Below, piece after piece: positions 34,423 to 47,334 of a DNA stretch of 64,000 nt (position 1 is the first letter of the stretch; the number at the start of each line of letters is the position of its first letter). The translations under genes were made by a program, and so were the position numbers. Under the pieces are notes generated by a model. It ran no database searches. It saw only the letters and a program-made list of their open reading frames with translations, and was not told the origin of the DNA. Source of the stretch: Selaginella moellendorffii (Eukaryota; Plantae; Lycopodiophyta); contig NW_003314298.1 in NCBI RefSeq assembly GCF_000143415.4, forward strand, positions 1,472,602 to 1,536,601. Direction: 5' to 3'.

Positions 34423-36179
34423 TTGTGATGTTGTCGCAAAATGTGGTGCTATTGAGCAAGATGAAGGGTGGTATTGGTTCTTACATGGAGATAAGAGACT
34501 TTAATGCTTGGTTGATGTCATTATAGAGGGTGCATTGGCATTCAATTAGTGGCTAAGGAGTGACTATTGTTGTTGTTGTTAGTGATAATCTTATTTTAGA
34601 AGGTCCCATTTGTAACTTATTTATTGAATGCCAACTCACCACCCTTGGTCTTTTTTGGTTTTTTCTTCTTTTCCTTGGGATTTAGGCTGCTTGCTTCTTC
34701 TGATTGATTAATGCTAACAACCTATTCAAAGAAGAATGATTTGGGAGAGTTGTTCTTTATCACTATCTTGCCCTTTTTTATCTATCCCTTTTTTATAAGG
34801 TTTTTAGATTGCTTCCTTAGCCACTAGGTTGACTTCATATTTGTTATGTTTGTGGTGTCATGGGCATATTGATGTATTTGCCCTTGGTGCTGGTTCTCGC
34901 TAGAGTGCCCAACCTTTGATGAAGACCTTCAAGAGGGTTTTAAGATTGGGAAGATTGATATATTTGGGTATGTATATGGTGTTTGCATTTGACTCCTTTA
35001 TGAGGGGCTTGTTGACTAAAACTTGTATTGTAATTATTCATATTTTCTGGCTTGCCACAATAATTTGGCCCAATTATTTAAGGACCTCTTTTGCCTTATC
35101 CAAGTCTATCTAATGCACTCCCACCTAAAAAAGAATGGCTTGGAGGGGGAAGGTGGGTGTTTTTGCTTTGTATTTTTCCATATAGGCAAAGTGTTCCTTA
35201 TAGTTGAATGGAAATGTTAATTATATCCCCTTATTCTATAAAGGTCATTAAGAGTTTATTGTTGCATGTTATTAAGTGGATGTGAAAGTCTTTGGAGTTA
35301 TGCTTTTACTATATATAATGTTTAAACTAGGGCAACACCTTCTCTCAATTAAAATGTAGGTAGTTCAATTGCAAAATCAGACTAAAGTAATTATCATGTA
35401 CATGTTCCTTTATGTAGCCATAGGGTTGGATGTGCACTGGTGTCGAGGGCATCTTCTTCCCATCTATGGGATGGTCTAAAAGAATTTTTTAATCCTCTTG
35501 ACTTGTCTATTGAGCCTGATCTTCTTGGCTAACTTCTCATGCTCGAGAATCATGCTGTAAGGGATGCGTTATATATATATGTAGTGTATAGCTTGCACCT
35601 AAGTGTAATGCTTATATGAAGTGTGATCTTAATCTTTTTTACCTTACTAACATTATAAATTAGTAAAAACTCTTTTCACTATAGTGTGAATAATTCCCAC
35701 TCGCCATGTTTTTCTTTGTCCCACCATTTTTTATTACTCTTGGCTCTCCATTAATATGGATTGCTATGTCCTTCATATATTATGTAGTTGGCTATGAGGT
35801 AAAGACGGCATTTTATTTGAAATATTTTACCGTTAGGTTATAGTGGTGAGGTGCTTCCTCCCTTTTGTAAGTGTTATGATTTCTTTGCTTTGCTTCTTTG
35901 ACTTTTACAATCAAAACCCTTTTATTTTACACATCATTAATCTTTTTGTTTCTTCATTCCAAAATGCTCCCACTCACCACTTTTTAATTCCTTTGTTTTT
36001 TTGTATTGCTTCCTCTTAACTACTTACTAATTCTTTATTTTGCATTGTTGCCCTTTTATTTTGTGTTGATTGAGATTGCCTCCTTAGGTTGTTATTGGGT
36101 TGCTTGAGTTATTAGTCTTTTGTTTATAGCAAGTTGTTGTTAGGCCATCTAAATTTTTTGTTTTCTTATAGTTTTCTAC

Positions 36180-39100
36180 AATAAGTTTCAAAATTTAAAT
36201 AGAAAAAACAAAAAATTATACCTCCTATTTATTTGGTATGGCTAAACTCCTCCACCTACTAATGCAATGAATTAAATAATCCCATATTGTAGTGGCAAAA
36301 ACATAAGTTAACAAATTTACAAATAATAGGATATTGCTCTAAATAATCTAAAGGGTAGTTATTGCAAAATTTTGTCACTTAACCACTCTTTTATGTTTCA
36401 AATATTCACCCCTTTATATATTTACATATAAAGATAGTCACATTATTTCAATGTTGAGAACATTTTTTACTAATGTTAACTTTTCTAAGGCATGGCTATT
36501 GAAAAATAAATATGAGCATTAAAATATTAAAAAAATAGAAAATTACAAATTTGTCATAAAAGGAAGTAAAAGTATCCAAAATTTACTTTTAGTTCATGTA
36601 AAATATTTTGAGTATATTTTTTATCATCAATATTTTTTTATCTTCACATGAACCCTTCAAATAAAGAGCATAAGAGGTGAGCCTTGCAACTAGTGAATTA
36701 ATGAAACAAACGTCACTAAAGTTGATGACAAAATAGATATGAGTCATTCGAAAAGTAATATATCAGTTATGTATTTATTTCCAACTTTTGGTATATCTAG
36801 TACTACAAAAAACTAATAAATTATTTGTTGAATAAGGTAAAGAAATATTTTTAGTCAGTTATAATTAAAGAAATTGTTATATCGAAGTAAAACCTCATGT
36901 CTAAGTTGTGAATAAATAATATTAATTTGAATGAAGAAAAGAAGATCATCTATTATACTTGGGTTAAATGGGTTGTGGTATTATATTTTTTGTTAGTGAT
37001 GAATAAATAAGTTTGCTCTTGTTTTAGTTGTTAGCAACCATTTAGATAAAAATGTAAAAATTTAAATATATATGCGTAACTTATCTTTATTGAATCAAGT
37101 TACTATGAGTTGAAAAGCAAAAACTACAACATTAAATAATAGAAAGAGTGGCTTGAAAAAAAAATACATTTATGGAGAAGAAATCACTATAGACCAAAAC
37201 CCAAACTTATATTAACCCTCCTTTCCATTGATAAAAAAATGTTAACAAACCCTAAGTAAGGGCTTCATATCTTGCTTTTTAAGTTGAAGCCCTTACCTAG
37301 GATTTATTAACATTGTAGTTTTTTGCAATAAGTTTTAAAACTTAAATAAAGAAAAAAAAAATGTATACCTCCTATTTATTTGGTATGCCCAAATTCCTCC
37401 ACCCACTAATGTAATGAATTAAATAATTCTATGTTGTAGTGGCAAAAATATAAGTTAATAAGTTTACAAATAATAGGACATTGCTCCAAAATATTTTAAA
37501 AGGTAGTTGTTGCAAAATCTTGTCACTTAACCACTCTTTCATGTTTTAAATATTCACCTCTTCATACATTTATATATAAAGGTAGTCACATTATTTCAAA
37601 GTTAAGAAATTTTTTACTAATGTTGACTTTTTTAAGGCACGGCTATTGAAAAATGAATATGAGCATTGAAATGTTAAAGAAATAAAACATTACAAATCTG
37701 TCATAAAAGGAAGTAAAAGTATCTAAAATTCACTTTTAGTTCATATAAAATCTTTTAAGCGCATTCTTTACCATAAATATTTTTTTCATTTTTACATGAA
37801 CCTTTCAAATAAAAAGCATAAGAGGTGAGCCTTGCAACTAGTAAATCAATGAAATAAGCGTTATTAAAGTTGATGACAAAATAGATATGAGTCATTCTAG
37901 AAGTAATATATCAGTTGTGTATTCATTTCCAGCTTTTGGTATATCTAGTACTATGAAGCATACAAAAAACTAATACATTATTTATTGAATAAGGTAAAGA
38001 AATATTTTTAGTCAGTTATAATTAAAGAACTTGTTATGTCCAAGTGGAACCTTGTGTCTAATTTGTGAATAAATAATATTAATTTGAATGAAGAAAATTA
38101 GGTTATCTATTATACTTGGGTTAAATGGGTTATGGTATTGTATTTTTTGTTGGTGATGAATAAATAAGTTTGCTCTTGTTTTAGTTGTTAGCAAACATTT
38201 AAATAAAGTGTAAAATTTTAAATATACATTTGTAGTTTATCTTTATTGAATCAAGTTACTATGAGTTGAAAAGTAAAAAATACAATATTAGATAATAAAA
38301 AGAGTAACTTGGGAAAAAACTATATCTTTATGAAAGCTAAGGCATCATAAACCCAAAACCAAATTAACCCTCCCCTCCATTGATAGAGAAATGCTAATAA
38401 ACCCTAGGTAAGGGCTTTAACTTGAAAAGTAAAGAGGTTTTTAAGTTTAAAATAGCAAACATTACTATAATACACTTTAATTTAGAACCGAAGTCCAAAC
38501 TAGTTACACTACAAAACAAGGGTTTAGTATTCACTCAATATCCTTTGTAAACACTAATATACAAAACGGTGTCAGATAGTATATGACACAATTTTAACAA
38601 ACTAGTGGCCTAGCATGAGGAGGAGGGTACCCCACCGACTAAAGCAGCATGGAGCTTGGGCTTAGACTTAAGCAAAATGTAAAACAAGGAAACATAGTTG
38701 AATAAAAGCCAAACTAATGCTTTAGGTGATCGACCATACTTTCAATTAGTATCCTTACTATACATTTGGAACCCCCCACATATAAAATCTTTTGAGCATA
38801 TTTTTTACTATCAATATTTTTTTTTTCTCCACATAAACTTTCAAATGGAGAGCACAAGAGTTGAGCTCTACAACTAATGAATCTATGAAATAAACCTCAC
38901 TAGAGTTGATAACAAAATGGATATGGGCCATGCTAAAAAAAATATGTCAGGTATGTATCCTCTTGGTATATTTAGAACTATAAAGCACATATACAATATA
39001 ATACATTATTTATTAAATAATATAAAAAAATACCTTGGATTAGTTAGAAGAATTTGACGCATCTAGATGGAATATTATATCTAGACTATGACCAAAAAAC

Positions 39101-39690
39101 ATCAACTTGAATGAAGAGAAGGAGATCATCTATTATACTTGGGTTAAATGGGTTATGGCATTGTATCTTTTGACAGTTATAAATAAACAAATTTGCTTTT
39201 ATTTTAATTGTTGTTAAACACCTAGATAAAAGTGAATTTAAATATACCTTTACAACCTTATCCTTGTTGAATCAATCTACTTTGAGCTAGAAAGAAAAAA
39301 GTACAACATTAGATAATAGAAAAAGTAACTTGAAAAAGAACTATATTTCTATGGAGGCTAGGGCACCACAAACCCAAATTAACCTTCCCTTTTATTGATA
39401 GAGAAATGCAAATAAAACCTAAGTAAAAGCTTGAGTGTTTAAACAATAGATTTTTGGGTTTAAAATGGTGAACATCACTATAATGCATTTGAATTTAGAG
39501 TCGAACTCCAAGTCAATTGCACTACAAAATAAAAGTCCAATATACACTTAATATCCCCTACGAGCACTATCTCTTCATATCCAACTTTTGCATATAAAAC
39601 ATTATCTATCCTTATTATACATTTAGAACCCCTTATATGTAAAATCTTTTGAGCATAATTTTTATCATCAATCTTTTTTTTCTCTCCACA
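36180..39690. repeat. Degenerate AT-rich tandem repeat, ~1.0-1.15 kb units, about 3 copies plus a fragment
   Basis: Anchor TTATACTTGGGTTAAATGGGTT at 36953, 38110, 39133; ATACCTCCTATTTATTTGGTATG at ~36218 and ~37365. Confidence 0.88.
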
Positions 39691-39699
39691 TCTAAATTA

Positions 39700-40009
39700 A
39701 TGTTTCAGGTGGTCAACCATGCTCCCGATGATGTTAATCTTTATCATATTGATACTTATCCTAAGCTTTACCCATCACCTCAATAACCCTAGACCAACCT
39801 TGGCATAGCTACTCCACATAAGTTTTAACAATTAGGATCAACACTTCAGACATTGGTTTTGGTACAACAATCTGTTGAGGAACTCTATGAGCATTCCTTT
39901 GTAGCATCTCCCATAGAGAACAACCAATAACACTATGAAATGTGATATTACAACAGATTTCTGTTGTGTTCAAATGCTCAATTTAGTCATGTTGGTCTGT
40001 TGCAACATA
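39700..40009 (-). mobile_element. Ty3/gypsy integrase relic, distal part, split by the LTR insertion
   Basis: YVATDQHD*IEHLNTTEICCNITFHSVIGCSLWE continues the frame from 47335 across the TSD. Confidence 0.8.
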
Positions 40010-40014
40010 GTACC

Positions 40015-41182
40015 TGTCGCGAATGTGACTTCGGGTATCGAAAGTTACCTGTCGGCTAGTCCTTATGGACACTCTTACCTTACTGCCACGATGGCAGGAG
40101 GTCGGTATTGCTGGTTCCTTTTATCGGCCCCTCTTGTTCAAGTGTTAGTAAACTGGACTTTGCATCTGTACTTGGCCGGATGGGCATAAGGAAGGAATTC
40201 CTAAGTGTCTATTTAGCTGAGCATACTTGGCCTGGCTTGTTAGTTCTCTTTTGCTCTGTCTTGCACTGGCTTGACAAGAACCCTCGCATATTGAGATTGG
40301 TCCCTCAATATCGCTGGATGATAGCTTACCGTGTCTGCCAAACACCCTCGCTATCATGCCCTTTGTGTTAGTCTCATTTCGGTCCCAAATGCTATTTATG
40401 GAAAGTGTCCAGATTTGCTCATTTGGCATATCAACGGAATGTAAAGATCGACCTGAACACAATGGTGTTCGTCCCGTCTCCAAATTCGCAATCTAGCGCC
40501 ATTCCATAATTAGTAAGTTTCGAGCTTGTCCTAGAGACTAACTCCTGATACTAAGGGAGGCTTGGGGTGAAAGCCCAAAGCGTGTGTTCCTCAAGGAGGG
40601 GGGGGGGGGGGGGGGGGGGCCCCGGCCTTTGGGGGTTCCCCAAATTTAAAAAGGGAAAGGGGGGAGGTCGGGCATAACTAACCCCCCCGGGGCAAAACCC
40701 AGCCCCCCCTTGGGGGCCCGCCCTTTTTCCGCCCCCCGCTTGGGTCTAAACCCAATTTCCTTTCCAAAATAATTGGGGGGAAACCCCTGCCCCCCCCTTA
40801 GGCCCCCGGTATTCTGAAAAAACCCCAAACCCCGTTTGGCTCCGTTTTGCGTGCTGGTCCTAGCATTGGGATGCTGGTTACTCTAGGACTGTCCAAGTCG
40901 CTCCGGGCTTCTGTCCCTTCGCTCCTTGGGCTGTATGCTCGGGAGTTGCTCCGTGGTTCGGTTCCATCACTCCTTGGCTCCACGCTTGGGAGTTTGGCAC
41001 CGTTCCTTCGTTCAGTGGCCCAAGGCCCTGAACCTCGGGTTCCTATGGACACGTGGCATGGACACGTGGCATGTGACACGTGGCATCTGTCACGTGGCAC
41101 AAAGAGGGTTTAGGTTCCGCTTCGTGGTGTTATCCTATGGTAAATCACCATAGGATAAAGGGTCAAAACCACGTACGCTACA
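40015..41182 (+). repeat. 5' LTR
   Basis: Begins TGTCGCGAATG, ends CGCTACA, followed by the PBS. Confidence 0.95.
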
Positions 41183-44100
41183 TTTGGTATCAGAGGAGGA
41201 CTCTCAACGAGTACTATACAATGAGATTGGGCAACTAGTCTTGTTGCATACACAGAGATGAATACGATGATCCGAGTGGGTACACATTTGGGTGTAAAGG
41301 CTTCGCAATCGTTCCTTGGGTATAGATTGGTTACCTTTTTTTTTGTACCGTGATAATGTGAGCTTGCCCTTGGGCTCATAAGATGGATTAAGGTGTTCTG
41401 TTGACACGAGTTTGAGCTTGGACTCGTGAGTGAGGCACATTAGCAACTCGAGGATACGCTTTGAGTTGGCAGGATTAATGTTAGCCTATTGGTGGTTCCA
41501 TGAGTTGTTCCATGTACCGTGGGTGAAAGTAAACCTTCCTTGGGTTTGCTATGAGTGGCAAATAGGCTGGTCCGTAGCTGTTTAGCACGGCACTAGTGGA
41601 TCCTTTGGGTAGGTATGGTTATAAGTGGATCAATTAAGACTATAGGGGTTAGTCTATTGGTTCAAGTAGTCATGGCCGTGCTCTCTTATAAACTTTTTTT
41701 CGATTGAACTGAAGGCAGTGCGAAAACAAGCTTGAGGTTTGGTCAAAGATGAGACCGAAAAGAGAGTCATCGGGGACGGAGGATCAAATACGTAAATCAT
41801 TTTATCTTCTTGGAGAAATGATTTGTAATGAGGTGTAACTCATTGCTCGTGTTCACATTATGCAATCAAAAATCCCTACCTTGATGCATGCTGGAAATGA
41901 TAGTCTTACAAATGGCAAGTTGTGGGATGAATAACAGTGAAGCATTATACCATTTTGTCTAGGCTTGCTATTGGAAGACTTGGGTTGCAATGCTCAATTC
42001 TTTTCCGGGGAATCTTGCTATTACTCCTTGAGTAGCTTGGTGTTGGATTAGTTTTGAGTTTGGTCAGAAAAAGAGTGGCATGAGCTTGTCCGTGTTGTGA
42101 ACAAAAGTTAGTGGTGTTAGGTGTTATAAATCTCTATCGATGGAGTGTGGCATTTATGTTGCATTTTGTCGAGTTGAGTTGACACTTGATACTCACATAA
42201 ACCTTTGTAGTAGTGACATGAGCATTGCTTGTGGTGTTGCTCAATTGATGATCAAGACATTGTGATTTCCATATCATATCCATGTGATAATGAGCAATGT
42301 GTTTACGAAGTTGCTTGGTTAAACAATGATCAACCCCAAAGTGGTTGATGGAGAAGCTAGTCTACTTGCACGAAGTAGCATTATAGTAGCTTTGATTAGA
42401 TTCTCAATGGTGGTCCATTATGCTAAGCTTAAGTTGGTACCTTGTTTCCTTGAGGGTTTGCCCATAAGGTGTTGGAAAGGGTTATAGCATTCACTTGCTA
42501 TGGCTTGTTGGTTGATCTGTAAACACTTGAAGTAGATTGTTGGATGGAGAAGGTGTGCAGTTGAGGCATTGACATCACTAGCACTTGTGTTAGTGGAAGT
42601 GGCATTGTTGATTCGAGTGATGAGGAATTTTCCTTAAAGCTTGATCTTCTATGTCATTTTTCTTGTTAGTGTTTTGGCTTCACATTGGATCTTGAAGATG
42701 GTTGAAGAAGAGTGTTAGTGCAATGTGGATATCTAAAAATGTGGTCTTCATGATCAAGCCTTGGATGTTCACTTTGCATTTTGCGGATGTTAGTGTTAGA
42801 TGTCGGAAGTATGGGCAAAGATGTTCGATGCTTAAGCATACTATGGGTCGTGAGAATTTGTGTTGAGGTGAACCTATGTGAAGTTGTTGGTAGAAGGAAG
42901 TTAGTTGAGTCTTGAAAGTTTGTATTCCTAGACTGAGAGTCATTCTTTCTCTGGGATGGAAAATTTTCCACAAATTTTCTTAGACTTTTCCAATAGCTGA
43001 TCTGTTGGTCACTTTGTCGAAAACCATTCCGTTTTCGTAAGCCAGTACAAATTAGTGAAGGGGTTGGAGTTGACTTCGGTTGGCTTAGACCTTAGTAGGT
43101 AGTTTGTATGATGCGACCCGAAAGGGATGCTGACTTTTGGGGCTAAGGCAATTGAGTTGGATAGAGTCTGGAGTTAGTATAGAAAAGTGGCCGTTGTGCT
43201 TTTCTAAGAAGGGTGACCCTTGTGCCTTTCTTTTGTAGCATTATGCTTGGTGGCAGGTTGCACCCTGCATTTTGTTAGACTCTATGAGAGTAGTGAGCTC
43301 TCACTGATCTTGACTTGGTCTTGGTAGCCTTGCGCCTTGGCTGAGGATGGTGATGTCCAACTTAGTTGTTTGCAGTGAGATGTTGGTACCCATACTATAG
43401 CTTTGTCTAAGTGGAGGTTGTGTACCGACATGAGTCCATCTCATGGTCTTCACTTTAGTTTCGGCTGAGTGTTGATCATGCATAGCTAGCCTCTTCAAAA
43501 CATGGTCAGAGCTATTGCCTAAATGCATTAGTGAGCTTATTGCGGTTGAGTTGGATTCGAGTGGTCATTTAGTCTGTGCTTGTCCATGAACCTTTATCTC
43601 ATATTTGGGGTATTACGTTTATGTTGGATAAATATATGACTCAATGGCAAGAGTTTAGTGTTTGGGTCTTGTGAAGGCAAGTTGAAGAGTGATTATTTGT
43701 TGCTTTGCAACTAGTGATTACTTGTAGACTTCGTCAAGGACTGTTGACACTTGCTTCACTCGATGAACATTTAGCAGTGGTGGGCTTGCTTTATCGGATG
43801 GTGTTGCAGAGGATCGTGTTGTTAAACTTGCATGGGTTTTCCATATTGACATAATGACTATACCTCCGTCGATATCATTTGGTTGTGTTTAGTTCGTAGT
43901 GTTGGATTTCATTGAGTCTTGGACGTGGTGAATCACTCCTTGATGATGTGTTATTTGTAGCTGAGTATTGTTGAAGGATTAGTCTCGGATACTAAGTAAA
44001 GTATCTTCGACTTTGGTTAGCTTAGTTGCTAGAGAGTTTTGGGTGGTGATTCACTCTTGCTTTCTTCTAGCTTTGTTCTGGTGTTGATGGCATTGAAGTG

Positions 44101-46168
44101 ATGCCTTATCATTGACATTGTTGTTATTGAGATTCGAGTGAGATGAGATGTTTCTCTTTAGGATTGACATTGAGTTTCATTAGTTTTAATGAAGATAGTG
44201 TTGATGATTTGGCTATAGCTATCTGTTATTGGCATTCATGCATTTGCTAGTTAGCAACTATATTGACGTTCAAACGAGCTGAGTGGCAAATTTGAGTTAG
44301 TTGTGTTTTAGACGAGATTATTTAGTAGGGGTTGGGCTTTGGCTTTTCCTTGAAAAGTGATTCAGTCGTGGACTATGTTAACTCTACGAGAGGAAGAGTT
44401 AGTGATTGATATTGAAGATGTTGGCCCTTTGTTGGATTTGCGTTGGGATATATCAATCATTGATGATTTTTCTTGTGCTTGTTATGAAGTAAGTTACGTC
44501 TTGCTATAGATGGATTCATGGAGGATCGATTAGATGATCACTTGTTGAGCATAGCTTCGTTATGCTTAGCTTTTGGATTGATGCCAATCTGCTCTTCATT
44601 AACTTTGGCATTATGAAGTTTGACTTATGGATGTGTTAAGGGAGATACTGTGGGTTGCACCATGATTTCTTCTTTAGCATTGAAGTTGGTTTATGCAAGA
44701 CTCGTGATCATTATAGGCAAGACTTTGCTATAGGCTTCTTCGAGCTTTTGGTTTCTTGAGTTTTGTGCTCATTGTTCCATTTATTAGAAGTAGTTGGGGA
44801 AGGCATTTTTGCTCATTAGCTTCGATGTTGAAGTTAGCTTTGCATTTAGCAATCATTAGTGATGATTGACTATCATCTAGGATAGTTGATTATCCTTGTC
44901 AAGGGTTTTGCTTGATTGTTGTTGATATAGAATGATTCGCTGTTCTTTGGGATGGTGAATTCTCTCTTCGATGATGATTATGCATCTCTTTATTGATGGG
45001 ATGATTGATGGTCTTTTATGATAGTTAGTTGTTCTCTTTGATGGCTTTTGGCTTTTCGCAATACCACATGTTCTTTGTGGTTTGCTTTGGATTGGTCTCT
45101 TGGGTTTGAGCCATTAGTAGGATGTTGTTGACACTTGCTTGAGCAACTCTGGTTCCTTAGTATTGTTGACCGGGATCTATTCAGATTGGCTTCTGTGATA
45201 GTTGGCATGAATAGGTGTTTGTTGGTCTTGCCGCATTCATTCTGTTCTGTTGATTATTGCTTGAGTTAGTTCTGATAGATTGGGATGTTATTTCCTTCGG
45301 GTGATACATTCGCGAGCATTATGTTTGTCAGTCAATGATACTTTGTGTTCTTTGAGTTATCTTTAGTAAGTTGTTTGGCATACTGTCTGCCATCTTCGGT
45401 AGTTAAGTTTTATCATTGAGTTTCCTTGATGACATACTTGCTATTGAATTTTGTTGGATAGTGATTCCTATGCCTACCAATTATGACGATCTTGGTGGTT
45501 CCTATCCTATACTACTAGTTTATCGGATGATAACTTTCTTGGAATACTTTTGTGTTCTAATCTAAGCTTTATTCACTGATAATTAAGTCTCTAAGATATC
45601 ATTGTTTATGACTTTGATATTGTCCATCTATTGATCTTTGAGTTTGGGCCAGTATAGGCAGATTGGCTTCGGCACTTCGTGTGCATGTTGAAATCTCTAG
45701 TCATGGGGTAGCTACTGTAGACTAGTCACATAACCCGCCTCTCTGTCGATTTTCCTTATTCCGTTGAAAGGGTGTGACCGTGTAAACAACTCTAACTGCC
45801 TGTTTACAGTAGTCTATCTAAACCTTACCGACGGGTTTGGTTTCTTTGCTCATGAGGGTTGGGGCCTCTAGCTTCTCTCTCTATGTCTCTGCGGGCAGGG
45901 GCATATCACACTTTTGTAGCTGGATGACACCCAGAGCAGCAAGGGTGGCTAACTCCGTTGGTCATTTCCTTGTCGGCGACGGCCGAAAGGTGTCTGAGCT
46001 GATAGCGCATCCGCGTTAGACAAAGAGGTTTCCCCCTAACTCATTTAAGTTGGTGCATTTCTCACATAGTGTGAGTACCGTAAACTTTTTCTGGAGTTGT
46101 TTCCTTGGCGGTATTCTAGACTCGAGTATGCATCGACGAGGACGTCGATCTTCCCTAGGGGGGGAGAG

Positions 46169-47329
46169 TGTCGCGAATGTGACTTCGGGTATCGAAAGTT
46201 ACCTGTCGGCTAGTCCTTACGGACACTCTTACCTTACTGCCACGATGGCAGGAGGTCGGTATTGCTGGTTCCTTTTATCGGCCCCTCTTGTTCAACTGTT
46301 AATAAACTGGACTTTGCATCTGTACTTGGCCAGATGAGCATAAGGAAGGAATTCCTAAGTGTCTATTTAGCTGAGCATACTTGGCCCGGCTTGTTAGTTC
46401 TCTTTTGCTCTGTCTTGCACTGGCTTGACAAGAACCCTCGCATATTGAGATTGGTCCCTCAATATCGCTAGATGATAGCTTACCGTGTCTGCCAAACACC
46501 CTCGCTATCATGCCCTTTGTGTTAGTCTCATTTCGGTCCCAAATGCTATTTATGGAAAGTGTCCAGATTTGCTCATTTGGCATATCAACGGAATGTAGAG
46601 ATCGATCTGAACACAATGGTGTTCGTCCCGTCTCCAAATTCGCAATCTAGCGCCATTCCATAATTAGTAAGTTTCGAGCTTGTCCCAGAGACTAACTCCT
46701 GATACTAAGGGAGGCTTGGGGTGAAAGCCCAAAGCGTGTGTTCCTCAAGGGGAAGGGGGGGGGGGGGGGGGGCTTTGGGGGGTTCCAAATGTATAAAAGG
46801 GATAGTGGGTAAGTCGGGCATAGCTGACCAACCTGAGGTATAGTCTAGCTCTCGCTTGCGTGCCTGTCCTTGTTCTGCGTCCGGCTTGGGTCTAAGCCCA
46901 AGTTCCATTCCATGCTAGTTGGTGGAGTACCCATGTCCTCGCGTTAGGCCACCGGTATGCTGAAATAGCACCAGACTCCGTTTGGCTCCGTTTTGCGTGC
47001 TGGTCCTAGCATTGGGATGCTGGTTATTCTAGGACTGTTCCAAGTCGCTCCGAGCTCCTGTCCCTTCGCTCCTTGGGCTGTATGCTCGGGAGTTGCTCCG
47101 TGGTTCGGTTCCGTCACTCCTTGGCTCCACGCTTGGGAGTTTGGCACCGTTCCTTCATTCAGTGGCCCAAGGCCCTAAACCTCGGGTTCCTATGGACACG
47201 TGGCATGGACACGTGGCATGTGACATGTGGCATCTGTCATGTGGCACAAAGAGGGTTTAGGTTCCGCTTTGTGGTGTTATCCTATGGTAAATCACCATAG
47301 GATAAAGGGTCAAAACCACGTGCGCTACA
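46169..47329 (+). repeat. 3' LTR
   Basis: Preceded by the PPT; direct repeat of the 5' LTR. Confidence 0.95.
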
Positions 47330-47334
47330 GTACC

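Larger units (their letters stand above)
40015..47329 (+). mobile_element. Full-length non-autonomous LTR retroelement (LARD-like), 5-bp TSD GTACC
   Basis: TG...CA LTRs at 40015-41182 and 46169-47329, PBS TGGTATCAGAG (tRNA-iMet) at 41185-41195, PPT at 46157-46168, TSD at 40010-40014 and 47330-47334. The ~5-kb interior has no long ORF. Confidence 0.95.

Noticed and set aside
40596-40835. Local high divergence between the two LTRs, resembling hypermutation or a G-quadruplex region
   Set aside because: It starts right after a long poly-G run and the differences extend neighbouring homopolymers. This is typical of read slippage or low-quality sequence, so it is probably an artefact.
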